A stretch of DNA of 64,000 nt from Camelus ferus. Its lineage: Eukaryota. The notes beneath the pieces were generated by a model, which saw nothing but the letters and a program-made list of their open reading frames with translations, did no database searches and had not been told where the DNA came from. Shown piece by piece: positions 51,331-64,000 of the stretch. The position numbers and the translations under genes are program-made. Location: the NCBI RefSeq assembly GCF_009834535.1, contig NC_045697.1:59088001-59152000 (forward strand), given 5' to 3'. How positions within the stretch are numbered: position 1 is the stretch's first letter; each line of letters opens with the position of its first letter.

Positions 51331-51809
51331 ATTATCTCATTTAGATTTTCACTTGGTTGAATTTAGCAATATTCTTATTCAAGGAGCCCAGTAAAATGAA
51401 AATGCCTCTGTGGCAGCACTGTAACTACTATGGTAGCAAGGGGAAATTTACTAGTCACCATCATCTGACAGCTCTCTTCTCCTCCTGTTGTCATACTGTT
51501 CCTCGCTTGTTCCCATCTCTCCACTGCTCTTTATTCTTAAAGTTGCCTGATTATCTGCCATTCTCGGATAAAGCACTTACATGTTATGATAATCTCTAAA
51601 TTTATTCAAAAGTAAATTAACAAATCTCTTCTTTATCTAAAAGGAAAATAACATATACCAAAATTAAATGATATAGCTTTTAATAGTGTAACTTCTAATT
51701 CCCAAGCAATGATATGTTACACTAATTTATCCTCAGTCCTCTCTCAAAATATTATCATATGGTATACGGTGATTTAAAACACTAAAATGATGCCTTCTTT
51801 AAAGAGTTA

Positions 51810-52010
51810 TATTAATATTTATTAAGTCTTCCGTGTGGTCCAAACACTGCACTATGTGATTTAGGTCTCTTATCTCATGAACCTTAACACTACTGATATA
51901 AGTCTACTTAGGATCCCCAATTTGCAAGAGACTCAGGACGTGCCAATATCATATAATTGCTAGAGCCAAAATCTACACTCTAGGCACTCTGATTTCTAGA
52001 ATTTACTTAG
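51810..52010 (-). mobile_element. MIR SINE (degenerate)
   Basis: aatatttattaagt...aacactgcactatgtg...tatctcatgaaccttaaca...atccccaatttgcaag...gctagagccaaaatctacactctagg. Confidence 0.55.
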
Positions 52011-52769
52011 CCCTCACTTAAACAACAGATGCTGAAATAAGTTCTTTTAAAGTACATTCTGGATTTTTGATTCATAAAGTCATTTGAGTTAGCCTGGCTT
52101 TTCACACATTTATAAATTAAAATAAATTAAAATTACCACATGTATGGTTAAAAGAAAAAAATTAAGGTAAAAAAATGTCAGATATCCAATGTCAACCTGA
52201 AAATCAAGAAGTCTAATATGTACATTATAATTCAAATGTTAAAAAAAAAAACCCTGCTACCCAAAAATTCAAGTTTTCTCAAAACATTATGAAATAAATA
52301 ATGTCTAGATGGGCTACCAGAGTATTTCTTTTCATTGCCCTATTAATACTTATTTGGAAGATTTTATTTCAAAAATTTACTATATATACAACTTATGTGG
52401 CAGAGGCTGTTTCGTTACTGCTCACTACCCATAAACAGACAAACGAGGCTTCAATAAGCACAGGAGCAAAGACACAAACACACGAAATACCGTGCATAGC
52501 AGGCAGACCACTAGCTGTGTGGTGTGACTAGGTGACAGGGAGGAACGTTCCAGAAGATTCCCTGAAAATGCTCAGAGCCTGGGCCTACCAGCTGGAAGAT
52601 AACTGAGCAGGCCTCTCAAGTCCTTGCTTTGCCTCTAGACCAAATCTCCCTCAGGTAAGCAGACACTGATTGTGCACGTGTGCCAGATACCATGCTCCGC
52701 TGAAACCCGTAACGAAAAAGAAGAGCTGAACCTGCCCTCGATGAGCTGACAACCAGTTATCATCGGTTG

Positions 52770-52880
52770 CCGACAAAGAGGGATTTAATCTATGCTGCAG
52801 CATACAATTAGACACACAGGAAAATTTCCCACATAGCGGGCTGTTAGATACGTTAAGGACTAAGGAAGGCCTTTTACCAA
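52770..52880 (+). mobile_element. Possible L3/CR1 3' fragment
   Basis: ttagacacacaggaaaatttcccacatagcgggctgttaga resembles the CR1 3' segment (LDIRKNF...RVV-like). Confidence 0.35.
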
Positions 52881-53399
52881 ATAATCAAATTTTTCCTCTA
52901 TCACAGTTTGCTATGCTTAAATTCCTCTCAGTCCTGTTTTAGTCTGAAACATTTACTTTTTACCACTTACTATCTTCTACTATAAGAATAGTGGTTTTTA
53001 TGATTGATGAGATTGATGAAGTATATATATAGCTTTTATAGTATGACAGATCTAAAATCAAACTAGGATATTTAACTTGATTCTATAGACACACTGACTC
53101 GGAAGTGCAAAATTTATCATGCTACGGAAAAGATCGTTTAAATGGTGATACAAATAAAACGTTAACATCAGTAACATTTAATGAATTCCTAAAATAATAA
53201 TGGTATTCCTTTTCTCATATGATAGCATTCGAATATGAACTCCAGGATAAGAAAAAAGGAACACCATTATTACAGCATCATGTATTAAAAGAGGCATGAC
53301 CTGTCATTACTATTTTAAGAAAGTAAACAATGGCAAAAATTATCAGTCTTACACAATTCCAACTATAACTTAATCGACATTTTAAAACTCTCCTAGTAC

Positions 53400-53980
53400 A
53401 TTAGTGGAAAAACTAATGAAATTTGAACAAGATCTGCAACTCAGAATTGAGTAAATGGTATTTTACCAAAGTTAATTTCCAGATGTTCATAATCAAACTA
53501 AAGTTACTGTCTTAGTCTGTTTGGGCTGCTATAACAAAATACCAGAGGCTGGGTAGCTTATTAATAATAGAAATTTACTTCTCACAGTTCTGGAAGCTGA
53601 AAGTCCGCAATCATGGTGCCACAGATTCAGTGTTTGGTAGGGTTTCCTGGTTCATAGGTGTCAGTCTTTTCACTGTGTCTTCGCAGGGTAGAAGGGGATG
53701 GCTAGGGAGCTCGGTATGGTCTCTTTCATAAGAGCACTAATGTCATTCATGAGGGCTCCACCTTCATGACCTAAGACCTCCCAAAGGACTTATCTCCTAA
53801 TACTGTCACATTGGACATTGGGATTTCAACATATAAATTTCAGGGGGACACATTCAGACCGTAACAGTTACATAAATGGTAACATTAAGGCACGCTGATT
53901 AAGAGGTATATGAGAACTCCTCACACTATTTTTACGACTTTCCTCTAAGTTGAAATTGATCCAAAATAAAACATTTAAGA
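53400..53980 (+). mobile_element. Old L1 (L1MC/L1ME-type) 3' end split by an MLT1A insertion
   Basis: gtattttaccaaagttaatttcc...ataat...gttac [LTR] ataaatggtaacattaagg...gaggtatatgagaactc...actattttt...caaaataaaa joins into a continuous L1M 3' end once the LTR is removed. Confidence 0.75.
53508..53866 (-). mobile_element. MaLR solo LTR (MLT1A/MLT1A0), full length
   Basis: Plus strand tgtcttagtctgtttgggctgctataacaaaatacc...catgagggctccaccttcatgaccta...ttcaacatataaattt...ggacacattcagaccgtaaca. 359 bp with a perfect 5-bp TSD gttac (53503-53507 and 53867-53871). Confidence 0.95.
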
Positions 53981-54434
53981 AAATTCCCAGTTCTTTTTTT
54001 AGAGTAGCTTGCTGAGCAGTCCAGATGTCACAGAACGTCAAATGACGACCATTTTAAATATTCAAAGCTTTAGAATATCAGCATATCACAGCTTCTACTG
54101 ACTGTGTTTAACAATTAGGGCTTATTACCCTCTGATTGTTGACAGCAGAATGGTTTTACAAAGATAGACCCATGAATGAAAAATGAAAATCTAAGTGCTA
54201 CATTTGAAAGTGAAAAGGGAAACACTGTATTTTATTAGTCATAAAATTCCAAGGCCCAGTCAGCCAAGGCAAGAATTAAAAAAAAAAACAGATCATTCAT
54301 TTCCATTAGGATTGTAATATAATTCTGAAAGATAAGAAACACTTTACAGGAAAATATGTGGCCATAAGGAAAGATTAAAATTCCCTAAGCCATCTTTCGC
54401 AGACATCTTTGTAACTGCAAGACAAAGCTTTACC

Positions 54435-54520
54435 CCTCATTCACTCAATCTGCATTTATGAAGCATGTATTATGTGCCAGGCACTGCATTTCATGCTGAG
54501 CTCCAGAAAACAAAACTGTA
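54435..54520 (-). mobile_element. L2 3' tip
   Basis: cattcactcaatctgcatttatgaagcatgtattatgtgccaggcactg. Confidence 0.7.
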
Positions 54521-55559
54521 AATAAAAAAGATTTTATGATCATTTAGATATATAACTTGCTTCCAAAGCACAGATTAGTAAAATAATCAAGTTCTAAGTA
54601 TCTTAAAGAGGTCAAATATGATTTATCAGTAGGATATATTTCCCATTCCTTCTTCGCTAAGAGTTTAAATAATCTCTATTTATGAAGATAATGAGGCTCC
54701 ACTTTCATAAACCTTTTATTTATTCTAAGGGTAGTAGACAAGAGTTGGATTTTGTAGAACATCCCTTTTCCATCGTTTTTTTTCCAGCTAACACCTACAT
54801 GTCTCCAGAGTGGGGTGGAATTACAACTTCATGCCACAGTCCCACCTGAGCTGTCCCCTCAAGCTGTTTGCTAGGCAAACTGAAGCAGAAGTAGAAAATC
54901 CCCCAGGATTTTCACTTCCTCCTTTTTCCCTTAAAGTGAGATCAGTAAACAAAGGTCAAATACATTCTACTTTGTAATTCAAAGATTATTCACCTCAGCA
55001 GTGGTATTTGCACTTCATCTAAGGTCAAGAATCTAAAAAGAGTCCCGTGAAATGAATGGTCTTCTGCTGGCCACTCCATATCAAGATCTCAGCTCTATTA
55101 ACGACCCTAGAGTTAGAATAATCACACATGCACAGAAAACAAGTGGTTTCTGACAATGAAGAAACTAATATGACATTTCAGGAAAAAACAAAGAGAGAGG
55201 GAGATTTTTCTTGTCTCGCACACTTCAAAATGAAATGATTTATTTACTGTTACAAATTCTAAAGATTCTCTAGTTATAGCCAAAATAAACTCTAAAGTGA
55301 ACTCGTGGTGTTTTCTTTTAAAGAAGTGATCATTAATCTCAGCCATTCGGGTAACTTACAGGCTCCGAGACGCCCCTCACCGAGCCAAGGTGAGGGGCCG
55401 TCTAACGTCTGATGGGAGCATGGTAATTATAACCGGCTCAGAAATGACCATGTGTACGCTAATATGTGAACTGAAAAGGAACAACAGAAAACTAAATCTA
55501 AGTCTGGCACAGTGACTCACCTGTCACCCACGAAGAGTCACCATAAATTCTAGATGGTA

Positions 55560-55940
55560 ATTCTTGGGTAGACAAAGACTGGGGATGGGGAGCATTCTGA
55601 GAGGCTGTTACAGAAAAATGAGAACTTGAGAGCCTTCAGCAAAAGAATTCTAAGAACAAAAAGGGAAAAAAGCAGTGATGGAAAAGATAAGTGAAAGTAG
55701 GGAACGTCACTGGATTTTCACTCTGACCATGGGCCAGGAAAGAAAAGAGATACATAGGACTGAACCCAAAGAACTTGATGAGCCAAGGTTGTTGCTGAAA
55801 GACCAGTTCTGACTGTTGACTGGGGCTCAGAAGAAAGGGCCTTGCTTCTCTAAGAATGAAGTAAGCTCAGCTCTGGAATTAAACTAGATGTCACTAAACA
55901 AACAGAAGGAAGTAAAAACAGAGATGTCTATTAAACAGAT
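55560..55940 (-). mobile_element. Degenerate L2 fragment
   Basis: Purine-rich antisense-L2-like tract: gagaggctgttacag...taagctcagctctgga...gagatgtcta. Confidence 0.45.
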
Positions 55941-58900
55941 GCCTGTTAAAATGTATTAATCTATATTTTGCTGAAGTGAACAACAAGGTGGTATTTGCAA
56001 TTATCTGCACAGATAAACACTGGACTATCTTGCCCTATTACTTGATAGTTAAATGACATTATATTTATGTCCTAGGACAACACTGAGGTTGAAGAGGTTA
56101 AGGCAGGAAGGATAATGTCCCTGTCAGTATGGAGATGGGAAGAGAAGAAAAGGGAAGGGCAGACATTGGCACAGTAGCTATGTAAAACTGGGCATGTTTC
56201 TACATGTAAGACAAGGTTCAGTCTTACATAGCCTTTCAATCGTGGGACCATCAACTCCAAGAAGGTGGGTTTGATTGGGAGCTAACCAGCCCACAGTACC
56301 ACCCAGGAAATGGCACATGTCACAGTATGATGCCAAAGGAACACGGCTTTTCCAGTTCCCTGGGGTCACTGGACTGCCCTTCTGCTCTACCAGGCAGCTA
56401 CACTGAAAGCACCAGAGGCCAAATTGCTTAATTCCAGGAATGGCTTATAACTTTGGGATGAAATGATAAAAATCTCCCCCTCCTTTTGCAAAGGGATACG
56501 ATACACATAGATTTTAGGCCATCAGTGAGAGGACTGGTGAGCAGAGTTAAAGGAGCATGAGAGAGGCACTCTGCCCCCCTCCAGCCTCCGCAACGACTGC
56601 GTGCTCCTGCAAGCAGGGGTGGCTGGTGCTCTATGCGGAAGATGACATTTAATGTGTAGAAAGACTGTCTTTCTTTTATAGATTGTTTCAAGTTCCCTGG
56701 CCATACAGAGGCAACAGAAATGGTGAAGTGTCACTACCTAGCTGGAGAAGGCAGTGGGTTGGTGCCTCCACACCCTTGGAGTCGACACTTCCCTGCACAG
56801 GTGCCCTGCCAAGGATTTCTAATTGTCGATGAGCCCAGGGGTGCACACAAGTTAGCCAAGCCGCTGAGCCTGGACTGCGTCTGCCGAGGATTCAAAGAGA
56901 TGCCCTCAAACGAGCAGCTGGGTGCTCATTTCTACACCTCCAGGTGACCACTACGAACTGTTAAACCTCTCCTCATACATTTTAAACACCACCATTCCCT
57001 AGGCATACACATTTTATACACTATTACACTAGGCATACCTTAAAAAAAATGTAAGACTTTTCTTTACTTCCTCCAGAGAAAATCTGGAAGACTCAGTCCA
57101 ATTTTTCTTTTCTTTTCTCTTTTTTTTTTTTTTTTTTTTGGCCTTCAGTTAAAAAAAAATTACAAACATACAGGACTTTAGTAAGAAGCAATAAATCTTT
57201 CACTGAGGAACTTTCATTTGTGTATCAAAATAAATTCATACATTTCAAGTTTCTGGCCACTACTATATCAAAATTGTAACCAGTCTTAAAAGAATAAGAG
57301 TGGCTTCCACATTCATGTAGCATACTTTCTAATGTCAGTAAACACCTGAGTAGAGGCACCTAAACACACCTGAGATACGAGTAAGTCCACCCAAAGCTTA
57401 TAGCTAAGGAAAATAAACACCTTTAAAGCTTTCTGAAAGCTGGAAGAAAGAGCAATGATAAAGGTCTTTCATTAGATAGGAAATTTACATCAGATCTGTC
57501 TTTGCAACCCCACTCAGGTACACACAAAGATCCTCTCTGGAAATAAAAAATAATAAAGTATGATTCTTAAACTTTATTCCAAAAATAAGTTCTAACTTAC
57601 CAATATAGAAATTTTATGAGTAGAAAATGTATTTAAAGGATGCATCAAGAATTTCAAGTGAAAGAAAGGTTAACAAACATAAAGACACTTACCTAGTACT
57701 CTGTGAACTCACATTTCTGAATGTAATATTTGGAGACTTCCACAAATAACACTTTTCAAGTCTGGGACCTTTTCATATTTTGCCCTTGGGAGCTGATCAC
57801 TTGCTTCTAGGTTGTCATTTCTATTGTGCTTCCAGAGGCACAGGGAAGACAGAAACTAGGCAATGTAAGAAAGACAAGGCGACTCCAAACCACCTACCTC
57901 TTCTGCCCAAACAATCACTAGGTCACAAACATTCAGACACACACCCTCAGCACAGAGGAAAAAAAATAAAAACAAAATACAGGTTGTTACCCCATAGTGT
58001 GTAGGCAAAACACCCACAATGTTGACACATAAATCTGAAACCCAAGTATAGGCATATGACTGACACCACCACTCACCAATCTGGTTCTACACGTACATTC
58101 AAAACCACTGTGTTCCAGGAGATCTTAAGAGAATTGTTTTATTTCTCTTGCGTCAAGTCACCAAAGCAGGAAGACCAATGAGAAACCCATAAAAGGAAAA
58201 TTCTGCTTCACTTTCTTCTCGCTGTTCATGTTGTACAAAGTATCCTAACTGCAGAGAGACCATTAAATGTGCTTTCCACTCTTTCCTCAAAATGCTGTAA
58301 TAAAAGCAAAAGGAGATAAAACTACACGTATGATTTCCCCCCTCTTCCTTGGCATCTCTGTCTCTCTCCAAAGAGAATTTTGTGAAATGTTTCCAACCAA
58401 TTTTCTATCTACCAATTAAGAACACTTTCAAAACCTGCTTTCTGAAGAGGACATGAACAAAACTGAGATAAGAGTCTGACCTGAAAAAAAAAATCTGAGT
58501 CACATGTTTCAGAATTATTCTTAGAAATGGAAATAAAATTCCAACTTCAATCTTCACTTTCTGTATTTCCTCGATGACTAGCCTAGACAAACATCCACAT
58601 AAACTGGAACAATCAATTAGCTCTGGTAATTATTACAGCTAAAGTGGTTTTCTACTGAACTAACAATTTTCCCTACAAGCTTCCCATATATATGACAAAA
58701 ATCATCAGTTACAGCCATGTTGAATCCCCTTACCACAGCCCTTCTATACAGCAATACTGAAGGCCCCTAAGACAGCAAATAATTCAAAACTTTTATTAGT
58801 ATAGAAAAGTGATGTTGTGGGTATTAAGAGGTAATTATTCACTTTATGGCCTGAGGTTTCCTTTCCACCTTTCCCAACTACACAATAAGAAGATACAAAC

Positions 58901-59956
58901 ATATAAACTCATTCTTTACCAGTTGGGTCCCTGTACCTATCATCCTTTCCTGCCATTCTTCTCACTGGCATTTCTAATGGAGCTTGAAATTAACATTATT
59001 TTTCCTGGCCTTATGCCTTGCTTTATTTTGTTTTGTTAGTTTGCTTTTTGTTTTCCTTTAGTGTGTTATTTTATGCACCATTTTCTGAGAAGTCGGCAGA
59101 GCTCTGGAAGTATTCTGTCTTAAGTAATGCTACAGAACAAAAGAGAACAGGGAATATATAAAATATTACTATTTAAGTTTCTCCCATGAATTACAACAGA
59201 TTTTTTAAAAAGGTAAAAACAGAAGCGTAGGTTTTAAAGACAGAGGCTTAGGTTTGAGAGGGGAAAAAAAAATCTCGACCATGTCATAGCCTTATGTTTG
59301 CAGAATAAAACCACCCAATAGTGTCTTTTAACAAGTAGCCTCAAGATAATAAAAGATGAACACAAACCTACACGGTCATATAACCGAAATGAAAATCAGA
59401 ATCTAACACGATGCCTCCAGAGGATAAAAAGAAGTAAACTTCATCAAAATAAAAAATCTAAAAGGCTTCTCTGCAATTATGGTTATGATAAAATTGGCAC
59501 AGCATGGTTTTAACCACATAGAAGATTAATATTTATTTTCAACAAATGTAGCTAGAAAAATGTTATGATATCCCCTCCTTTTTCCACTAGGAGCATGCTG
59601 ATTGAAATGGATTCATTTATCTAAGTTGACAGCTAGACAAAACTATATTGCGAATATTTTTTATCTCTGATTAAATTAGAACTTAGCAACATCTGGTTTG
59701 CTACAATTACCCAAAATTATTCAAAACAAAGTTTTTTTTATACGCTTAACTGTGTCACACTGTGCTTAAGAGTTCTTTTTAATACAACATTCAGAAAAAA
59801 TAAATAATAAAACAACTTAATTATGGAAGAAATGATTACTTCCAGTAAGAGATTTAAAAACTCACAGAAAAATTACTAATTCACTTTTAGAGCAGTCAGG
59901 ATTACAAGTCATATCAGATATTTGATTGCCCAGGACAAGAACTGGGGAGTTTTCAT

Positions 59957-60079
59957 GGGGGGTGAGGGGTATAGCTCAAGTGCTAGAGCGCCTCTTAACA
60001 CACACAAGATCCCGGCTTCAATCCCCAGTACCTCCTCCAAATGTAAATAAACGAACGAACCTACAAACAAAAAAAAAAA
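59957..60079 (+). mobile_element. Camelid tRNA-derived SINE (Vic-1-like)
   Basis: ggggggtgaggggtatagctcaagtgctagagcgcctcttaaca...atcccggcttcaatccccagtacctcc, then an A-rich tail. Same family as 7058-7207. Confidence 0.85.
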
Positions 60080-61084
60080 TTTAATGTTCTTTGAAACAGT
60101 CCCTTCAGCTGTTGAGAGGTTTAAAACTATATCTCTTCCACATGCTATAATCAGAGAACAGGGAATATCTTATATTGAAATAGCGGTTCTTCAAGAGGAC
60201 ACAAACACTGACATCATACTACAAGCCTACCTTTGAAAAGCAAGTTCTCACAGGCCATACAAAGGGCACCAAGTCCCAGTTCATACACATTTGCAATTGC
60301 TTTCAGAATAGCTGGCTTCAAATTATTTTTTCAAAACTACACTATTTTCATTATGCATGCAACTGTATGCTTTTTTTTCTCAAAACTACCAGTAATTTTG
60401 CTGAATGTTACCCAATTATGATTCCTCACTGTTTCAAGGTTTTATAAAGCTGTACTCCATCCAACACAAGAGAAGTTTATTCAAGATGAAGTACTCTGAT
60501 CTCACACCTTGTCCTCCTTAACAGTTCATTCTTTGTGACAGTAATCCTATTTTCTCAGATTGTCACTTTTAAAATAAGCAATGTTCTTCAAATTCTAAAA
60601 ACAGTTGATTTCAGGGAAATGTACACTGGGGACAGGGGAAGACTACGTCTGCCCTGAAATATGACATATACAAATTACATTTTATAGCCTAAATGTATTA
60701 GGTAGATATGCCTATAGAATGTATTAGAAATAAGTAATAAAGGCATTTCTGACATTCTTATCTGACATTGCCTGCCAGTGTTCTGGATTCCATTTGTACC
60801 TCATAAATTGCGAGATAATCATTCCTTTCAGAATAAGTCAGAGATAAAAAAGATTGTAGTCAGAGATTTAAAAAAAAAAACTGTATAGTGTACATGAAGT
60901 AACATGACAAAATGATTCCAAATGGAAGGCCATGAAGATTGAAGACAACAGATATAAAGTGATATCAATCTTGCAAAAAGTTTGGGAACAAAGGATAAAA
61001 AGAGATGGCTTGAAGCACCATGTTCCACTCCTTCCTGCTACGTGCAAGGGTGATAGCCCCGATTTTCCCCATCCGGCTCTCACA

Positions 61085-61295
61085 TACAATAACCAGACCT
61101 TATGCAATGCATTATCTGACAGAAACTAATTTAATTCTCATAAGCCCACGATGAAATACATATCATTAGCCCAACAATACAGAGAGTAAACTGAGGCTCA
61201 GAAAATGACTCAACGTCACACAGCTATTATGGGGTACACAGTTTCCAGGTTTAGGCTTAAGTTCATCTGATCCTAGAGTCCATTTTCTAAGTCAC
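61085..61295 (-). mobile_element. MIR SINE
   Basis: atttaattctcataagccc...acagagagtaaactgaggctcagaaaatgactcaacgtcacacagcta...catctgatcctagagtcc. Confidence 0.8.
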
Positions 61296-62279
61296 TAAGG
61301 CTCATGGACACAGCCAAGTAATTATAGAGTCTGTGCTATTAATTTTTTAAACAAAAAAGACATATCATATATGACACTTAGCTAACATACTACATCTCCA
61401 TCTTTGAAGAACTCAACCTATCAACATAAACCACCATCTCCACTGACATAATCAGGTACTCCAGGTTATGATAAAAGAGACTAAGCAGTCCCTGCCTTCA
61501 ATGAAATTATATTTCCACATAAGTATGAAACAAGAAGAGAAATAATCAAACGCCACGGCAGAATGTCATAAATGCCATAAAAGAGATATAAAAGAGTTTA
61601 GGGGAATTAGAAAACAGAACACAAAGGGGAAACAAAATATTTACATTATTAATGAAAGACACAAGTAGAAAAACATCTTATAAATTCTTACATAATAAAC
61701 AGTCAACTTTTTTGCATTTGTCACTCAGACTATCAGACCGCTGTAGTGTTACAAGAAACAATGTATTACTGTCTTTTCAGGTATCGTTAAAATAGGAAAT
61801 CCATTTAATGACTTCAGGAATGAGGATTTACAAATAAATAAATCACTTTGCTCAAAATAGAAGAATTTTGTGACATAAACCCTCTTAACTAAATTAAATG
61901 TAGTCCCAACATCTGATTTTATGATTTTTGTGTAGCATTTAAAATACAAACATATAAAAATTCTAGTTATGGGTATAGGTCTCCAAAGAATAGACTTAAC
62001 CTTTTAGGTAAAAAAAAAAAAAAAATCTAACTAAATAATTGGATATAGCATTATAACAATATATAAACAGGAAGATGAGTAAAAATTAATAACAAGTTCC
62101 TATAAGGTAATTTAAATAATGATCACATCACTTAGCTTTTTACAATAAAATGAGAGTACAGCATATTAAAGTTGAAAGGGATATTATTTAATACAAACCC
62201 TTTCCTTGCACCTCAATAAGCTGAAGCCAGAAAGAGGCAAGCTCTGGCCTACACTTCCCAGCTGGGAAGGGGTGTAGCA

Positions 62280-62810
62280 GAAGCTTAGACTGGCATCTAA
62301 CTGGTTTCTCCACCTCCCCTCTTCATGCCTCCTCCAATTACATCTACACAGAACAGCCAACGTGATCTTTGTCAAACGAAAATCTGATCTTGTTACAACC
62401 TGGCTTAAAACCTTTAATGACTGCCCACTGCTCCTAAGATAAAGGCCAAAATACTTAAAAAACAGACGACACATTATGGACTCCCATTTACTTTCCTAGC
62501 ACGTTTCACGTCACCTCCTCTCTCAATCCTGTGTTCCAGCTACTAGGACCTTCCCGCAGTTTCTCACATGAGCTGAGCTCTGTCTCACCCTAGGCTTTGA
62601 TTCCCTTCTTCAGGAAGCCTGTCTGCTTGACCAACTCCTTCACATCCTCCAGGGCTCAGCAGGATGAGAAAATCTCTCATCTGGATGGCCTGAGATCCTT
62701 AGAGAAAATATTCCCGTAAAACTCATTATTTTCCCTTTTCTAATCTCTATCACAATTATACTTAATTTTGTCACACAGGAAGCACACAATAAACGTTGAC
62801 AAATGGATGA
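62280..62810 (+). mobile_element. L2 3' region
   Basis: cacagaacagccaacgtgatctttgtcaaacgaaaatctgatcttgttac...gcttaaaacctttaatgactgcccactgctcctaagataaaggccaaaa...caataaacgttgacaaatggatga. Confidence 0.85.
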
Positions 62811-63639
62811 AAAAGATTAATGGTTCCAAACTTACTATCTTCTTACTATTTTCCCTATATTAAAAACTGTATTCTGCTAAGATAATTTTCTTAAACCACA
62901 CTTATTTATCATTTTGCTCATAGAATTAATGAGCAATATCTTAAACTAATATCATTTGTTTTCTAGAACATACTTTACCATTATTTTATTAATATTCGAT
63001 GATTTGTTCTAAATAAAAATACAGTCAGTTTTATCATCACACACTGTGGAAAGCCTTCAAATATTTAAATGATAAGTTTAATTCTAGCAGTGGAGATATG
63101 ACAGTCTACTGTCTTTACTAAATGATAATCTCTCTTAACAGCTGTTTTCCAGATTGGTGTTTTACTGCTGTTCCTTGACAAGTAAGAGTCATAACCATAG
63201 CACTGCCAAACTTGAGCACTGGTATTCCTAAAGCTAGTTCCTACATTTCTACAGAGTTTCTGTGGACATAAGCCAGTGGGGACAGGGAGAAGTTAGACTA
63301 AAAATGAACAGAAACCAACCTTCTGGAGTAAAACTCCCTCCTAGTCACAGACACACATTTATATATCTCTAAAAATAAACTAAGAAATCTTGGTTTCAAT
63401 ATCTGTATAGATTTGACATACCCTCCTCATCTCAAATTACAGTGCCTTGTCCATTCTTTATGGTCAACAGATAGTTTATGATATTCTGAAATTTAATACT
63501 ATAGGCAGACAACTGATATTAAACCATTCTGTGTTCACTCAGTTCCTCTGTAAAATGAAAAATTCGGGGGTGCTGTCCCTATTGCCAAATCAAGGTAACT
63601 ATGCTTAATTTTCTTCCCTTTACTCACCTCTATTAACCT

Positions 63640-64000
63640 CCTCCACTAGAACATGCCTGGGTCTGTGATGAGCTCTTCCGATGACAGAATGTGAAGGGAG
63701 CAGTGAACCAGCACATTCTCCAGGGCTGCCTACTCAACCTTCACATCTTAGCTCAAACGTCGCCCGCTCTGGGAAGTCTCTGCAGACCAGCCCACCTCCA
63801 ACTCAGACAAGGTCTGATCCTGCTCCACCTCACAGCATCCTGGGCTTAACCTTTGTAGCACTTACCAGATTTTAACAAATAATGCATTATAGATACCTCG
63901 CCTAACACTTCATTTCCATGATTTTGCAAGTGCTAAAGGCAGAGGCTCTTTCTGCCATGTTATGCTCCACAGTCCTGGCACCCAGCAGACATCTGGTACG
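63640..64000 (+). mobile_element. L2 3' region (runs off the window)
   Basis: ctactcaaccttcacatcttagctcaaacgtcgcccgctctgggaagtctctgcagacc...tttgtagcactta...ccacagtcctggcacc. Confidence 0.7.

Noticed and set aside
717..63875. The supplied six-frame ORFs (60-172 aa) as genes
   Set aside because: Short, compositionally uninformative, many starting at TTG/GTG, often inside repeats, and with no recognisable domains. This is the expected background in non-coding mammalian DNA.
1..64000. CRISPR arrays, operons, prokaryotic defence systems, known miRNA or snoRNA genes
   Set aside because: The sequence is mammalian. I saw no regularly spaced direct repeats and no match to the mature miRNA or snoRNA motifs I can recall. 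An Rfam/miRBase search would be needed to exclude small RNAs fully.

Overview
This is AT-rich, CpG-depleted mammalian nuclear DNA, not prokaryotic sequence. Two tRNA-derived SINEs resembling camelid Vic-1, plus cetartiodactyl-type L1 3' ends, point to a camelid (camel, alpaca or llama). I recognise no protein-coding exon, RNA gene, CpG-island promoter or CRISPR array. The supplied ORFs look like chance frames, except one that is a decayed L1 ORF2 piece. The window is a mosaic of interspersed repeats (MIR, L2, L3/CR1, old and young L1, MaLR MLT1 LTRs, an ERV1-type solo LTR, hAT relics, microsatellites) separated by unique DNA. The A-rich plus strand and plus-oriented young L1s suggest an intron of a large minus-strand gene, which I cannot name. 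I found no convincing novel biological system. The best leads are modest: a CpG-rich hairpin that would hide one of two 5' splice sites of a candidate minus-strand exon (55.36-55.47 kb), several other pseudo-exon or exon candidates, enhancer-like blocks, and nested or lineage-specific transposon insertions. Repeat family names come from visual recall of consensus sequences, and boundaries without target-site duplications (TSDs) are approximate.
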